In this document: piece after piece, positions 13,680 through 25,178 of the stretch
How positions within the stretch are numbered: the first letter of the stretch is position 1
Layout: the number at the start of each line of letters is the position of its first letter
From: Octopus sinensis
Lineage: Eukaryota
NCBI RefSeq assembly: GCF_006345805.1
Contig: NW_021832716.1
Location: 6,823 to 70,822 of the forward strand
Length of the DNA: 64,000 nt
Direction of reading: 5' to 3'
Notes under the pieces: model-generated
Databases searched by the model: none
Told to the model about the DNA's origin: nothing
The model's input: the letters and a program-made list of their open reading frames with translations, nothing else
Program-made: the position numbers and the translations under genes

Positions 13680-14035
13680 CAATCTCCGGCAGCAATGAGA
13701 TTGAGAAAAGTAGATTTTTGCTAGTATTTTCTATTCTTGAAAAGCTGATGTTTTTCCTCTTCAAGAAGTCTTTCAGTTGGTCCTCTAGTTAAGCATTGAT
13801 TTTGACGTAGCTGGCTGTAGGTAATCCTTCAATCTCCACCAGCAGTGAAATTGCCATATTAAACTTTCTATAACATCATCTTCCATTCTCGAAGACCTGA
13901 TGTTACTAATCGTCAAGTTGGTCTTTCAGCTGGTCATTGAATTTTATCTTTAGTCCTCCAGCTAAGCACTTATCATGGCATATTTGGCTGTAGGTGATTC
14001 TACAAGAGGATGTGCACTAGACATGCAATCCATTT
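13680..14035 (-). mobile_element. Degenerate RTE-like 3' fragment, about 170-bp unit present twice
   Basis: Minus strand resembles PTA..GG.K..FNDQLK; two diverged copies of cctacagcca...ggagattgaag. Confidence 0.35.
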
Positions 14036-14425
14036 CAGCTGATACAATACTGCTTGAGAGGCGGTTGGATGGAACCTACACTCGCCTCCTTATGAGAGCT
14101 CAAAATCTCTCGTGGAAGCGTCATCCAACCAAAATGCAAATATATAGGAAACTACCACCTGTGTCATCTCTTGTGAAAGGTAGGAGAGTCGAGTTTGCTG
14201 GACATTGTTGTAGAGCTGAAAACGAGGCAATTTCTACTCTTCTCCTCTGGAAGCCATCTACTCGCGATACCAGAGGGCGCACACCCTCCTACCCTGATGT
14301 AATCTCCAGGGATATAGGCATCCAGCAACAGGACCTCCGTAATGCTATGATGGACCGTGAAGTCTGGCGTAGCATGGTAAATTCCATTGTCTCGACCACA
14401 GTCGAACTATGATGATGATGATGCT
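14035..14425 (+). mobile_element. RTE-group LINE 3' fragment
   Basis: LERRLDGTYTRLL..NLSW..HPT..RRVEFAGHC..LLLWKP..RGR..MMDREVWR, then a (GAT)n tail. Confidence 0.85.
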
Positions 14426-14670
14426 GGTGTTGGATCAACAGTGAATATTTTGGTACTTTATTCTATCCCTTCGTGTAAATTTCAAAGGATCTCTTGGATG
14501 CTGAATGTCTTAAAAGCATCCTGAACCTTTATATGAAGCTCTATGTTTCGCATCCAAACAAAAGAGTGGAAGGCGGCTGAGATTGCTAGTTAGAAATTCT
14601 CTCTCTCTCTTTCTCTCACACATTCTCTGTTTCCATCAGTAAGTCTCTCTCTCTCCCTCTCTCTTTCTCC

Positions 14671-14752
<82 letters not shown>

Positions 14753-14759
14753 CTCTCTC

Positions 14760-17061
14760 TGATCGGTCGTGTTATTCTTTGCTCCGCAGTGAAAGATTGT
14801 TTTTGTGCTGAAAAGTTTGAAAATTTGCTGTTTTGGTAGTCGAGGCCACTTCTTTTCTGCTGTTGCAGCAGAGTTCTGCTGTTTTTTCCCCCTTGTTTCA
14901 AGGGGGAAGTGACGAAAAAGACATGAATTTGCAACCAGTCTCCTCCGAGTCGGAGGAAAACGTTGAAAATTTGTTTGAAGGCATGAAGGCGAAAATGTGG
15001 GAGGAGGAAGGTAGAAGTAAAGAGACGTCTCACGCGAGCGTTACAAAAGCAGACGACAATATGTCTGGCGAAGCTAGTAAACGACAAGAAAGGCAAAAAT
15101 AAATTTTGCGAGTGCAGCAACTCGCCCCTGTGAAAACATCGTTATAACAAGAAGGATTAAAGAAGTACCAAATTTATTAAAAAAAGAAGGTGATAATGTG
15201 AAGTTGTTCCCCCCCCAGTGAATTAATTTACGCGACGGGAGAAAAACTGTAATTTACAAGACTTATAATGTCAAAAATAAAAAATTGACTTCGTACAGAG
15301 AGAAGCCATTGAAAAATGTTTGAGGCCGATATGGCAACAAACAAGTTATATAACAAGGGGTAGTCGCTTCGGCACGGTAGAGGTGCGTTTCCCCCTAGCG
15401 AAGAATAGCTAGGGAACATTCAACAAGAACGTTGAAGTCGGAAGAGGTAGTTCTTTTACCATTTTATTTAGGAATGAGAACTAGTAGAATAACGGTTTAC
15501 GAACATTCCGCACGAAATAGATGTGGACTTCATAACAGCAGCGATTCTCTTAGCAAAGAGGAGAAATTGCCATTCTTCAGTCTAAAAGATATCGCCCCAC
15601 GACCTGGTATGGACAGGACTTAGAACTTGTGATCCAAGCGAACCCCTCGGACTTGAAAAATTGCCAAGCTCCCTCACCATTGGAGATACCACCTTGATGG
15701 TAATAGTCGAGGGAAGAAACCGAGATGCTATAAATGTGGCGAGAAAGGCCACATACGGTCGAGCTGCAAGAAGACAGCCAAAAAAATACTACAGAGGCAA
15801 GCACGACGCCGAAAACAACTACACCGCTAGAAATAGCAGCCACGTCGCGCGCCCCAATTGCCGAATTCAGCCACAACAACGGTAGAAAACAACGACAACA
15901 ACGATGACAACAACATCAACAACATCCAGGAGTGGGTCAACGTGGGTGAACTTGTTGGCGAGGCGCAAACTTGCGCCATCCCTGGAAGGACCATCCACGA
16001 CAATCTCCACTTTCTACGCTCTATGCCTTAGAAAGGGTAAATAGGATTCCTGGCAAGGGGGGGCTATGGTCCACTTGGACCAATCGAAAGCGTTTGATAG
16101 GGTGGACCATCAGTATCTGGCGGCGGTCCTCGCGCGGCGGCTGCTTCGGCCCGACTTCCGCGGATGGATCATCGCTTTGTACAGCAACATCGAATCGGTA
16201 GTTCGGGTAAATGGTTTCCTTTCGGAGCCGTTCAGCATTGAACGTTCGGTACGTCAAGGGTGTCCTCTCTCCCCGCTTCTCTACGTTTTGGCCCTCGAGC
16301 CGTTGCTGAGGAGGTTGGAAACTATGAGAGGCACCCCGCAAGATCTAGGGTGCGGAAAGTCAGCTTCGGCGTATGCGGACGACATCACCGTCATCGTTTC
16401 CCGAGTCGAGCACCTACAGTGGGTGGGTGAGTCCTTAAGGGACTACGAAGTGGTGGCAGGAGCGAAAGTCAACCGGGATAAATCGGTCGGCTTGCAACTC
16501 GGCACCTGGAGGGGCAAGTCGATGTCTTCCGACAGCGTCGTAGGACGTTGGACGGAAGGACCGGTGAAAATGCTTGGGATCTGGTTAGGTCCAGATCTCC
16601 AGATAGAGAAGAACTGGAGCGAGGTGGCGAGAAAGGTGGCTCTTCTAACTCAGACATGGTCTGAACGGAAGACGAGAGTAAAAGGAATTGCAACAGGCAT
16701 GTTTATCTCCAGTCTCGAGCTAATCGACTTTTTCGTTTTCCACATGAAACGGAAAATAAGCTGGATAAGAATCCCTGTCGCAAAGTGTGTTTCGTACAAG
16801 ATGGAAGTATATAGCAAGTATGTTGCGAGTGAAGAACCTATTTAATCGAGAATGTAAAAAAGATAAAACAAGTCTTCAGTGTGAGTATGTGGTTTGTGGG
16901 GTCGACCGCGTACTCCGCTTCATTTTTTGTTTTCACTCATTCTCATTTAATTGTATATATATTAATTGTTTGTTTATTCATGTTTCGTCTCATTCGATAC
17001 CCTGACCCCAACGTTTGTTTTGTCCCCTCTTTTTCTCAACCTTAATGTGAATAAAGAAATA
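14760..17061 (+). mobile_element. Tx1 family A internally deleted copy (both termini kept; about 2.37 kb and 0.88 kb deletions), head-to-tail with the full copy
   Basis: Near-identical 5' end, ORF1 part, RT part (16066-16670) and 3' UTR; junctions at 15941 and 16668-16671. Confidence 0.9.
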
Positions 17062-17527
17062 CTCTCTCCCTCTCTCTTTCTCCCTCCTCTCCTCTCTCCT
17101 CTCGTCTCTCTCTCTCTCCTCTCTCCCTCTCTCTCCTTCTCCCTCTCTCTCTCCTCCTCTCCGTCTCTCTCTCCCTCTCTCTCTCTTCTCTCTCTCTCTC
17201 TCTCTCTCACTCTCTCTCTCTCTCTCTCTCTCTGATCGGTCGTGTTATTCTTTGCTCCGCAGTGAAAGATTGTTTTTGTGCTGAAAAGTTTGAAAATTTG
17301 CTGTTTTGGTAGTCGAGGCCACTTCTTTTCTGCTTTGCAGCAGAGTTCTGCTTTCTTTCCCCTTTGAAACAAGGGGAAGCGACGAAAATATGAATTTGCA
17401 ACCAATCTCCTCCGAGTCGGAGGAAAACGTTGAAAATTTGTTTTGAAGCTGAAGGCGAAAATACGGGAGGAGGAAGGTAAAAGTAAAGAGACGTCTCACG
17501 CGCTCGTTACAATAGCAGACGACAATA

Positions 17528-18409
17528 TGTCTGGCGAAGCTACTAAACAACAAGAAAAGTCAAAAATAAATTTTGCGAGTGCAGCAACTCGCCCCTGTGA
17601 AAATATAGTATTAACAACAAGGAAGAATTAAAGAATACCAAGGACTACTAAAAAAGAAGGTGATAATGTGAAGTTGTTCCTCCCAGTGAATTAATTTACG
17701 CGACGGAGAGAAAACTGTCATAAACAAGACGTATAACGTGAAAAATAAGGAAATTGACTTCGTGCAGAGAGAAGCCATTGAAAAATGTTTGAGGCCGATA
17801 TGGCAACAAACTACGTATATAACAAGGGGTAGTCGCTTCGGAACGGTAGAGGTGCGTTTCCCTAGCGAAGAAATAGCTAGGGAACATTCAACAAGAACGT
17901 TGAAGTCAGACGAGGTAGTTCTTTTACCTTTTTATTTAGGAATGAGAACTTCCAGGATAACAGTCACGGACATTCCGCCCGAAATCGATGTGGACTTTAT
18001 AATAGCAGCGATTCTCTTAGGCAAAGAGGAAGAAATTGCCATTCTTCAGTCTAAAAGATATCGCCCCACGACCTGGTATGGACAAGACTTAGAACTTGTG
18101 ATCCAAGCGAACCCCTCGGACTTGGAAAAATTGCCAAGCTCCCTCACCATTGGAGATAATACCACCTTGATGGTAATAGTCGAGGGAAGAAAACCTAGGT
18201 GTTATAAATGTGGCGAGAAAGGCCACATAAGGTCGAGCTGCAAGAAGACAGCCAAAGAAATACTGCAGAGGCAAGCACGACGCCGAAAACAACTAACCGC
18301 TAGAAATAGCAGCCACGTCGCGCGCCCCAATTGCCGAAATTCAGCCGACAACGGGAGAAAACAAACGACAAAACAACACAAACAACATCCAGGAGTGGGT
18401 CAACCATAG
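17528..18409 (+). pseudogene. Family A ORF1 (gag-like, zinc knuckle), frameshifted
   Basis: MSGEATKQQEKSKINFASAA start; main segment 17738-18409 with EGRKPRCYKCGEKGHIRSSC. Confidence 0.8.
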
Positions 18410-19177
18410 AACCTTCAAAAAGAAGACGGAAACGGAAAATTTCACCCTCTTCGGATACACAGGACTATACTCTGACACAGACAAGCACACCCACACCCAC
18501 AAATACAGTCGCAAACACAACGTAGCCAAAAAACACCACACACTGGAAAAAGCACACACAAACACTCACACACCTACACAAGCACGCACACACTACAGAC
18601 ACCACGCTCTACAAGACACATACACCCACAAACACCTCCACAATCACCTACAAAAAAAAGAAACACCTTCACGGCGATAACTAAAAACAATAACCCAAAG
18701 ACACACACACCGAAAAAGCACACACAAACACACACACACCTTCACAAGCACGCACACACCTACAACACCCACGCTTCTACAAACACACACACCACACCCT
18801 CCCTCCACAATCACCTAACAAAAAAAAAGAAACACCTTCACGGCGATAAATAAAAACAATAACCCATTAAGGGAAAAAATTATTTTACTGAAATCGGCGA
18901 AAAAATATATCGCAACAGATATAAATAGTACTATATCTGAAAATGTAGAATTTTATACAATAGATAACGCTGATTATTTTGAAATAAAAAAAATCTTTTG
19001 CGGAGGACGTAGGCCCGTTACAGATGAACTTTTCAAGCCATCTGTACAAGCAATTCGCCAAAAAACTGACCTCGCAAAACACAACACTCACAGACAGAAA
19101 AGATGAGGGTGAAACTACACCTTCTCTTCTGTTAAAACAGTAAGTTTTAAACATTCGACTAAATTTTCACATTCTCG

Positions 19178-22100
19178 TTTAAACTCGGTTGTATAAATAT
19201 TCGCGGCCTGGGTCGTATTGGAAGCAAGGCTACCTCCTTAACGACCTTAGGTCGCATCGTTTGGATGTAGTGGTAATTACCGAATCCAGACTGAGTGGGC
19301 TGCAGGCTTTTTCGCCCCTTCTAAACGGCTATGAGAAATACATTTCTCCCTGTCGACCTGGAGGGGGAGGAGGAGTGGCAGTGCTGGTCAGGAAAAACCT
19401 GGATTTAGAGATTAGAACTGTCTTTATAGATCCGGAAGGCAGGTTGGTCGTTTTGGATGTGACGCACAGCAGTGGTAAAGTGTTCAGGCTGGTCGCTGTC
19501 TATGCTCCCTGCGAAGGAAAAGCCGGGCAGAAAGAGTATTTCAAAAGCCTAGAGAATTTTCTTGGCACGTTGAACACGTTAGTATTGCTAGTGACTTCAA
19601 CATAATTTGCGATGCAAGCGTAGATTATGTTTCTCGAGAAGAATAGGAGGGGATTACCTCACCTCAACGATATGCTAAGTCGTTTCGAATTGGCAGATAG
19701 ATTCAGACTGGACCATCCAGACACTCCAGCTTGGACCTGGGCAAGAACAGGGTCGTCCAGATCTTATATCGATAGAATCATAACTAGAAGGAAAGATAAG
19801 AAAATACTTAGCTGTCCACAACACAGCTACAGCGATCACAAATTAGTGACCTGTACGCTCGACATAGATAGCATGTGTAGACAAGGTAGGTACCGGTTAC
19901 TGGAAGCTAAACAGTCACTATTGGACTGTGAAGCCTACAGGAATCGGATTAAACAATTAGTAATGAGGGCGTTAACCGGATCCATTATCAACAACAAATG
20001 GTGGTACGCCCTGAAAAGAGCCATCAAATTTGAGTCAATTAGGTTTAGCAAAGAACTAGCTAGTGCTAGAAACAAAGTAGAAAAGGAACTAGTTAAGGCA
20101 ATAGAGGAGGCAATGAGGTCAGGCAGTGCATCGAAAGTGTTAGCGGCGAGGTTAGCACTCGACCAACATCTCAAAGCTAAACATGAAGGGTGCATTGTCA
20201 GGGCTAAGATCCGTGCAATGAGACAGAAGGATCAACGCAGCCGATGGCCCGGGTGGTAGAGGGCCAGCGTGGCAACAACTCAACCATTCGATCCTTGACG
20301 GGCCCAAATGGTCGATTAGTAAACGAACCCGAGGAGATGTGCAAGGTGTTTCATGATCATTTCGCGCAGCTATTCGGGAGGAGCGGCGGGCTGGAGCGTG
20401 GGGAAGAGCTCGCAGACTTCTAGCCGGTTCGCCGCGTCTATCGGGGCGGACGCGGAATCTTGTGAGGCGCCGATCACAGCCAAAGAATCGTGGATATGTT
20501 GGCAGACTGCGGCGGGGACAAATCGCCGGGACTCGATGGTCTGCCTTACGAACTCTATAGTAGCATGCCAGACTTGTTTGGGCACCTACTTGCATGCGTG
20601 TACACCAACTGGCAGCAGAACGGGAGAATTCCTAAGTCTGTGAGCCGAGGGGTGGTAGCGCTTGTTAAGAAAGGACCCCAACAAGGGGGATTTAATTGAT
20701 AATTTCCGGCCTATCACTCTGCTTAACGCAGAGTTGAAGATCTTGGCCAAGGTCTTAGCAAAAAGGTTGGCGAGGGTCGTGGGTGAACTTGTTGGCGAGG
20801 CGCAAACTTGCGCCATCCCTGGAAGGACCATCCACGACAATCTCCACTTTCTACGCTATGCCTTAGAAAGGGTAAATAGGATTCCTGGCAAGGGTGGGGC
20901 TATGGTCCACTTGGACCAATCGAAAGCGTTTGATAGGGTGGACCATCAGTATCTGGCGGCGGTTCTCGCGGCTGCTGGCTTCGGCCCGACCTTCCGCGGA
21001 TGGATCATCGCTTTATACAGCAACATCGAATCGGTAGTTCGAGTAAATGGTTTCCTTTCGGAGCCGTTCAGCATTGAACGTTCGGTACGTCAAGGGTGTC
21101 CTCTTCCCCCGCTCTCTACGTTTTGGCCTCGAGCCGTTGCTGAGGAGGTTGAAACTATGAGAGGCACTCCGCAAGATCTAGGGTGCGGAAAGTCAGCTTC
21201 GGCGTATGCGGACGACATCACCGTCATCGTTTCCCGAGTCGAGCACCTACAGTGGGTGGGTGAGTCCTTAAGGACTACGAAGTGGTGGCAGGAGCGAAAG
21301 TCAACCGGGATAATCGGTCGGCTTGCAACTCGGCACCTGGAGGGGCAAGTCGATGTCTTCCGACAGCGTCGTAGGACGTTGGACGGAAGGACCGGTGAAA
21401 ATGCTTGGGATCTGGTTAGGTCCAGATCTCCAGATAGAGAAGAACTGGAGCGAGGTGGCGAGAAAGGTGGCTCTCCTAACTCAGACATGGTCTGAGCGGA
21501 AGCTGTCCTTGAAAGGGAGGGCGGAGGTTGCAGAAGTGTTTATCGCCTCTGTAATCACTTACCGCCTAACCGTAGTGCCTTGCCCCGATTCGTGGCTGAA
21601 CAACTGGAACGCATGCTCTTTCGCTTTTTGTGGAGGGGCAGCAGACCTCTTGTAAGGCGCTCTATTTGCTGCCAAAAGCCGCTGAACGGTGGGTTAGGGA
21701 TGCCGTGGCTAAAAATGCGCAGACATGCGCTCAGGCTTAGGCACCTCTGGATTTACCTGGACGGTGAGCAGGTGTGGTCTCCGTTTGTCAAGCTGTTATT
21801 TCCACAGTTCACATCGTTTAACGAACTGAACCCATGGATCAAGTGTAGACCGAGGTTGGGCATGTGGCATGCAGAGTGCTATCAGGCACTCGTGCTTCTC
21901 TCCCAGTCGGGCAACGCTGGTGGCGGGGCTACTACCTCGTTCTTCTATAGAGGATTAGTAGAGTTTAAGTGTGACGACGTCCTAGTAGAAACTCTGGGCT
22001 TCGACGAAAATCAACTGGCCAGCCTGTTCCAAAGAACATTCGGTCCGGGGCCTATGGATAATTACCAAAAGTCCCTGGCCTGGCAATGTTACAGAGGAGC

Positions 22101-22555
22101 TTTACCGGTTCGAGATAAGCTCTTTAGACATGGGTGTGCACCTTCGCCGGTTTGTGCAAGATGTAAGAGGGACAGTGAAACTGTCCTGCACGCGATTGTG
22201 CAATGCCCCAAGGTGACTGAACTCTGGACTTATGTCGAACACCTGCTGTCGCATTCGAGAAGAGTACAACTGTCGAGCGAATCTGTAATTAAGATAGTTC
22301 CGCCGACCTTCCTGAATAGGGAGGAGCGAGCCTGTTTTCTTTCGGTAGTTGCTATGGCGAAAGAAGTAGTGTGTGAAGACGAGAGTAAAAGGAATTGCAA
22401 CAGGCAGGTTTATCTTCAGTCTCGAGCTAATCGACTTTTTTTGTTTTCCACATGAAACGGAAAATAGGCTGGAGAAGAAATGCCTGTCGCAAAGTGTGTT
22501 TCGTAAAAGATGGAAGTATATATCAAGTATGTTGCGAGTGAAAGAACCTGTTTAA
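19178..22555 (+). pseudogene. Family A ORF2 (APE-RT-zinc finger), split over several frames
   Basis: LGCINIRGLG..QGYLLNDL (APE); ORF segments 19189-19605, 19627-20259, 20490-20699, 20662-21495, 21323-21655, 21580-22455, 22373-22555. Confidence 0.9.
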
Positions 22556-22574
22556 TCGAGAATGTAAAAAAGGA

Positions 22575-22793
22575 GAAAGCAATCTTCAGTGTGAGTATGT
22601 GGTTTGTGGGGTCGACCGCGTACTCCGCTTCATTTTTTGTTAATCACTCATTCTCATTTAATTGTATATTTTTAATTGTTTGTTTATTCATATGTTTCGT
22701 CTCATTCGATACCCTGACCCCAACGTTTGTTTTGTCCCCTCCCCGCTTTTTCTCAACCTTATGGTGAATAAAGAAATATGCTCTCTCTTTCTC

Positions 22794-22826
<33 letters not shown>

Positions 22827-22997
22827 TTTCTTTTGCACACACATACACACACAAACGGTCGAGTGGTCGTGGTAAACGCGGTTGTTTATTTTATCTCAGC
22901 ATAAACACGACTCGTACAGAAACCACAGAGATCTCGATACTTGATCAATGAATTTATTAGTTCTACGCACTATCTTTCCAGCCTACTAGGACCTGAA

Positions 22998-23042
<45 letters not shown>

Positions 23043-23529
23043 CGTGTGTGTGTGTATGTGTGTATATTCAAGTGTGTATGTGTGTGTATGTTGTTTATGT
23101 GTATATATTGAAGTGTGGAGAAAGCAAAGTCTTCAGTGTGAGTATGTGGTTTGTGGGGTCGACCGCGTCTCCGCTTCATTTTGGTAATCACTCATTCTCA
23201 TTTAATTGTATATATTTTAATTGTTTGTTTTTATTCATATGTTTCGTCTCATTCGATACCCTGACCCCAACGTTTGTTTTGTCCCCTCTTTTTCTCAACC
23301 TTATGGTGAATAAAGAAATACTCTCTCTTTCTCCCTTTCTCTCTCTCTCTCTCTCTCTCCCTTTCTTTTGCACACACATACACACACAAACGGTCGAGTG
23401 GTCGTGGTAAACGCGGTTTGTTTATCTTCAGCATAAACACGACTCGTACAGAAACCACAGAGATCTCGATACTTGATCAATGAATTTATTAGTTCTACAC
23501 ACTATCTTTCCAGCCTACTAGGACCTGAA

Positions 23530-23604
<75 letters not shown>

Positions 23605-23678
23605 CGTGTGTATGTGTGTATGTGTGTATATTCAAGTGTGTATGTGTGTGTATGTTGTTTATGTGTATATATTGAAGT
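22575..23678 (+). repeat. Tandem duplication of about 545 bp (LINE 3' end plus flank); a further ~250-bp duplication at about 23680-24130
   Basis: ACAAACGGTCGAGTGGTCGTGGTAAACGCGG...GGACCTGAAATG occurs twice. Confidence 0.88.
23117..23320 (+). mobile_element. Tx1 family A 3' end (about 200 bp), part of a tandem duplication with downstream flank
   Basis: Matches 22575-22778 and is followed by a second copy of the 22780-23116 flank. Confidence 0.88.
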
Positions 23679-23753
23679 GTGTGTGTATGGGTGTCAGTGT
23701 TGCGTGCGTCTATGTGAGAGAGAGGAAGACAGACAGACAGACAAATAGACAGC

Positions 23754-23786
<33 letters not shown>

Positions 23787-24732
23787 GCAGACAGATTGAC
23801 CTGGAATGACTTTAGCGATGTTACCTATACCCGGATGCAAACTGTCTGAATGAGCGTGTATGCCTGTTTGTATGAGTATGTGTGTGTTGTATGTGTGCTG
23901 TGTGTGTTGTGTGTGTATGTGTACATATTCAAGTGTGTATGTGTGTATGGGTGTCAGGGTTGCATACGTCTATGTGTGTGAGAGAGAAAGGCAGACAGAC
24001 AGATCGTCCTGGAATGACTTTAGGGATGTTACCTATACCCGGATGCGAACTGTCTCAATGAGCGTGTGTGCCTGTTTACATGAGTGTGTGTGTGTATGTA
24101 TGTTTGTGTATGTGTGTGTAACTAGATATATGAACTATATATTGCATGCATGCGTTTGTAAGTACCCCACACACAAACGCCAGACACACGCATACACACG
24201 CACATAGCAAACACAAACACTCACACACACACACACACACATACAGAACATACACACACACACGCGCATACAAATATCACGAAGACACAGATATATAGAA
24301 GATACCCCCAGCTAAAAAAATCAGAAACGATGTCATATTTTGGGAGCTGCATCTATTAACATCTACCGCCGCCACCAACCGCAACCGACCCACCCTTCTA
24401 CCCAGCTACCCGGCTACCCAGCCACCCACACCCTCCAACTCTCCTCACCCATTTCTAGGAGACACGTATTAACAATAGCGTGGGAAAGACTTTTTTGACG
24501 CGTGGATAAGTATTTCTCCCACTTTCCCCTTCGCTCCCTCCTACTCGTCTATGTATTTATATTCTAGCGTTGGGTGCTGTTGTTATTCTCTCTCTCCCGT
24601 ACAATCTAATCCTTTCTCTCTCCTTCTCTCTCTCTCTATCTCCCTCTCTCTCTCTTTCGCTTTATATATATTTGTATATATAGATATATTGTAGACAGAC
24701 AGTCAGACAGTCAGACAGACAGACAGACAGAC

Positions 24733-24785
<53 letters not shown>

Positions 24786-25178
24786 TGTTTCTTTATTAGC
24801 CACATAGGGCTGCACACAGACAGAACAAATTACAAGGTAGAGCTTTTCTTTTGGGGGTAAAAAAAAAGAGGGTTGGTTTTCGATCAAAAGGGATCATAAA
24901 AGGAAAGAAAGAGGACAAAAAAGGGGAGGATTTTTTAAAAAAAGGGGGGAGAGGGGAAAAAAAAGGAAAGGGGAGAGGAAAAAAAGTTGATCAATAGGGA
25001 TCGTAATCACAGAAATGTCAATATGAAGTGTAAAGGGGAGGACAGGTGAGGTTTACCCGTGGAAAGAAAAGCCTACGGAAAAGACCACGGTAACCTCGGC
25101 CAATGAAGTCACATGTTATATTTCTTTCTTTTATTTTTTTTTTGCAAATAAGCAACTCTCTGTATTAATTTTTACGGT

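Larger units (their letters stand above)
17233..22778 (+). mobile_element. Tx1/L1-clade non-LTR retrotransposon family A, full length (about 5.5 kb), flanked by (TC)n on both sides
   Basis: ORF1 with CCHC knuckle (CYKCGEKGHIRSSC); ORF2 with APE, RT (QGCPL, YADD) and C-terminal CxxC..ETxxH..C; starts TGATCGGTCG after (TC)n and ends GTGAATAAAGAAAT before (CT)n. Confidence 0.93.
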
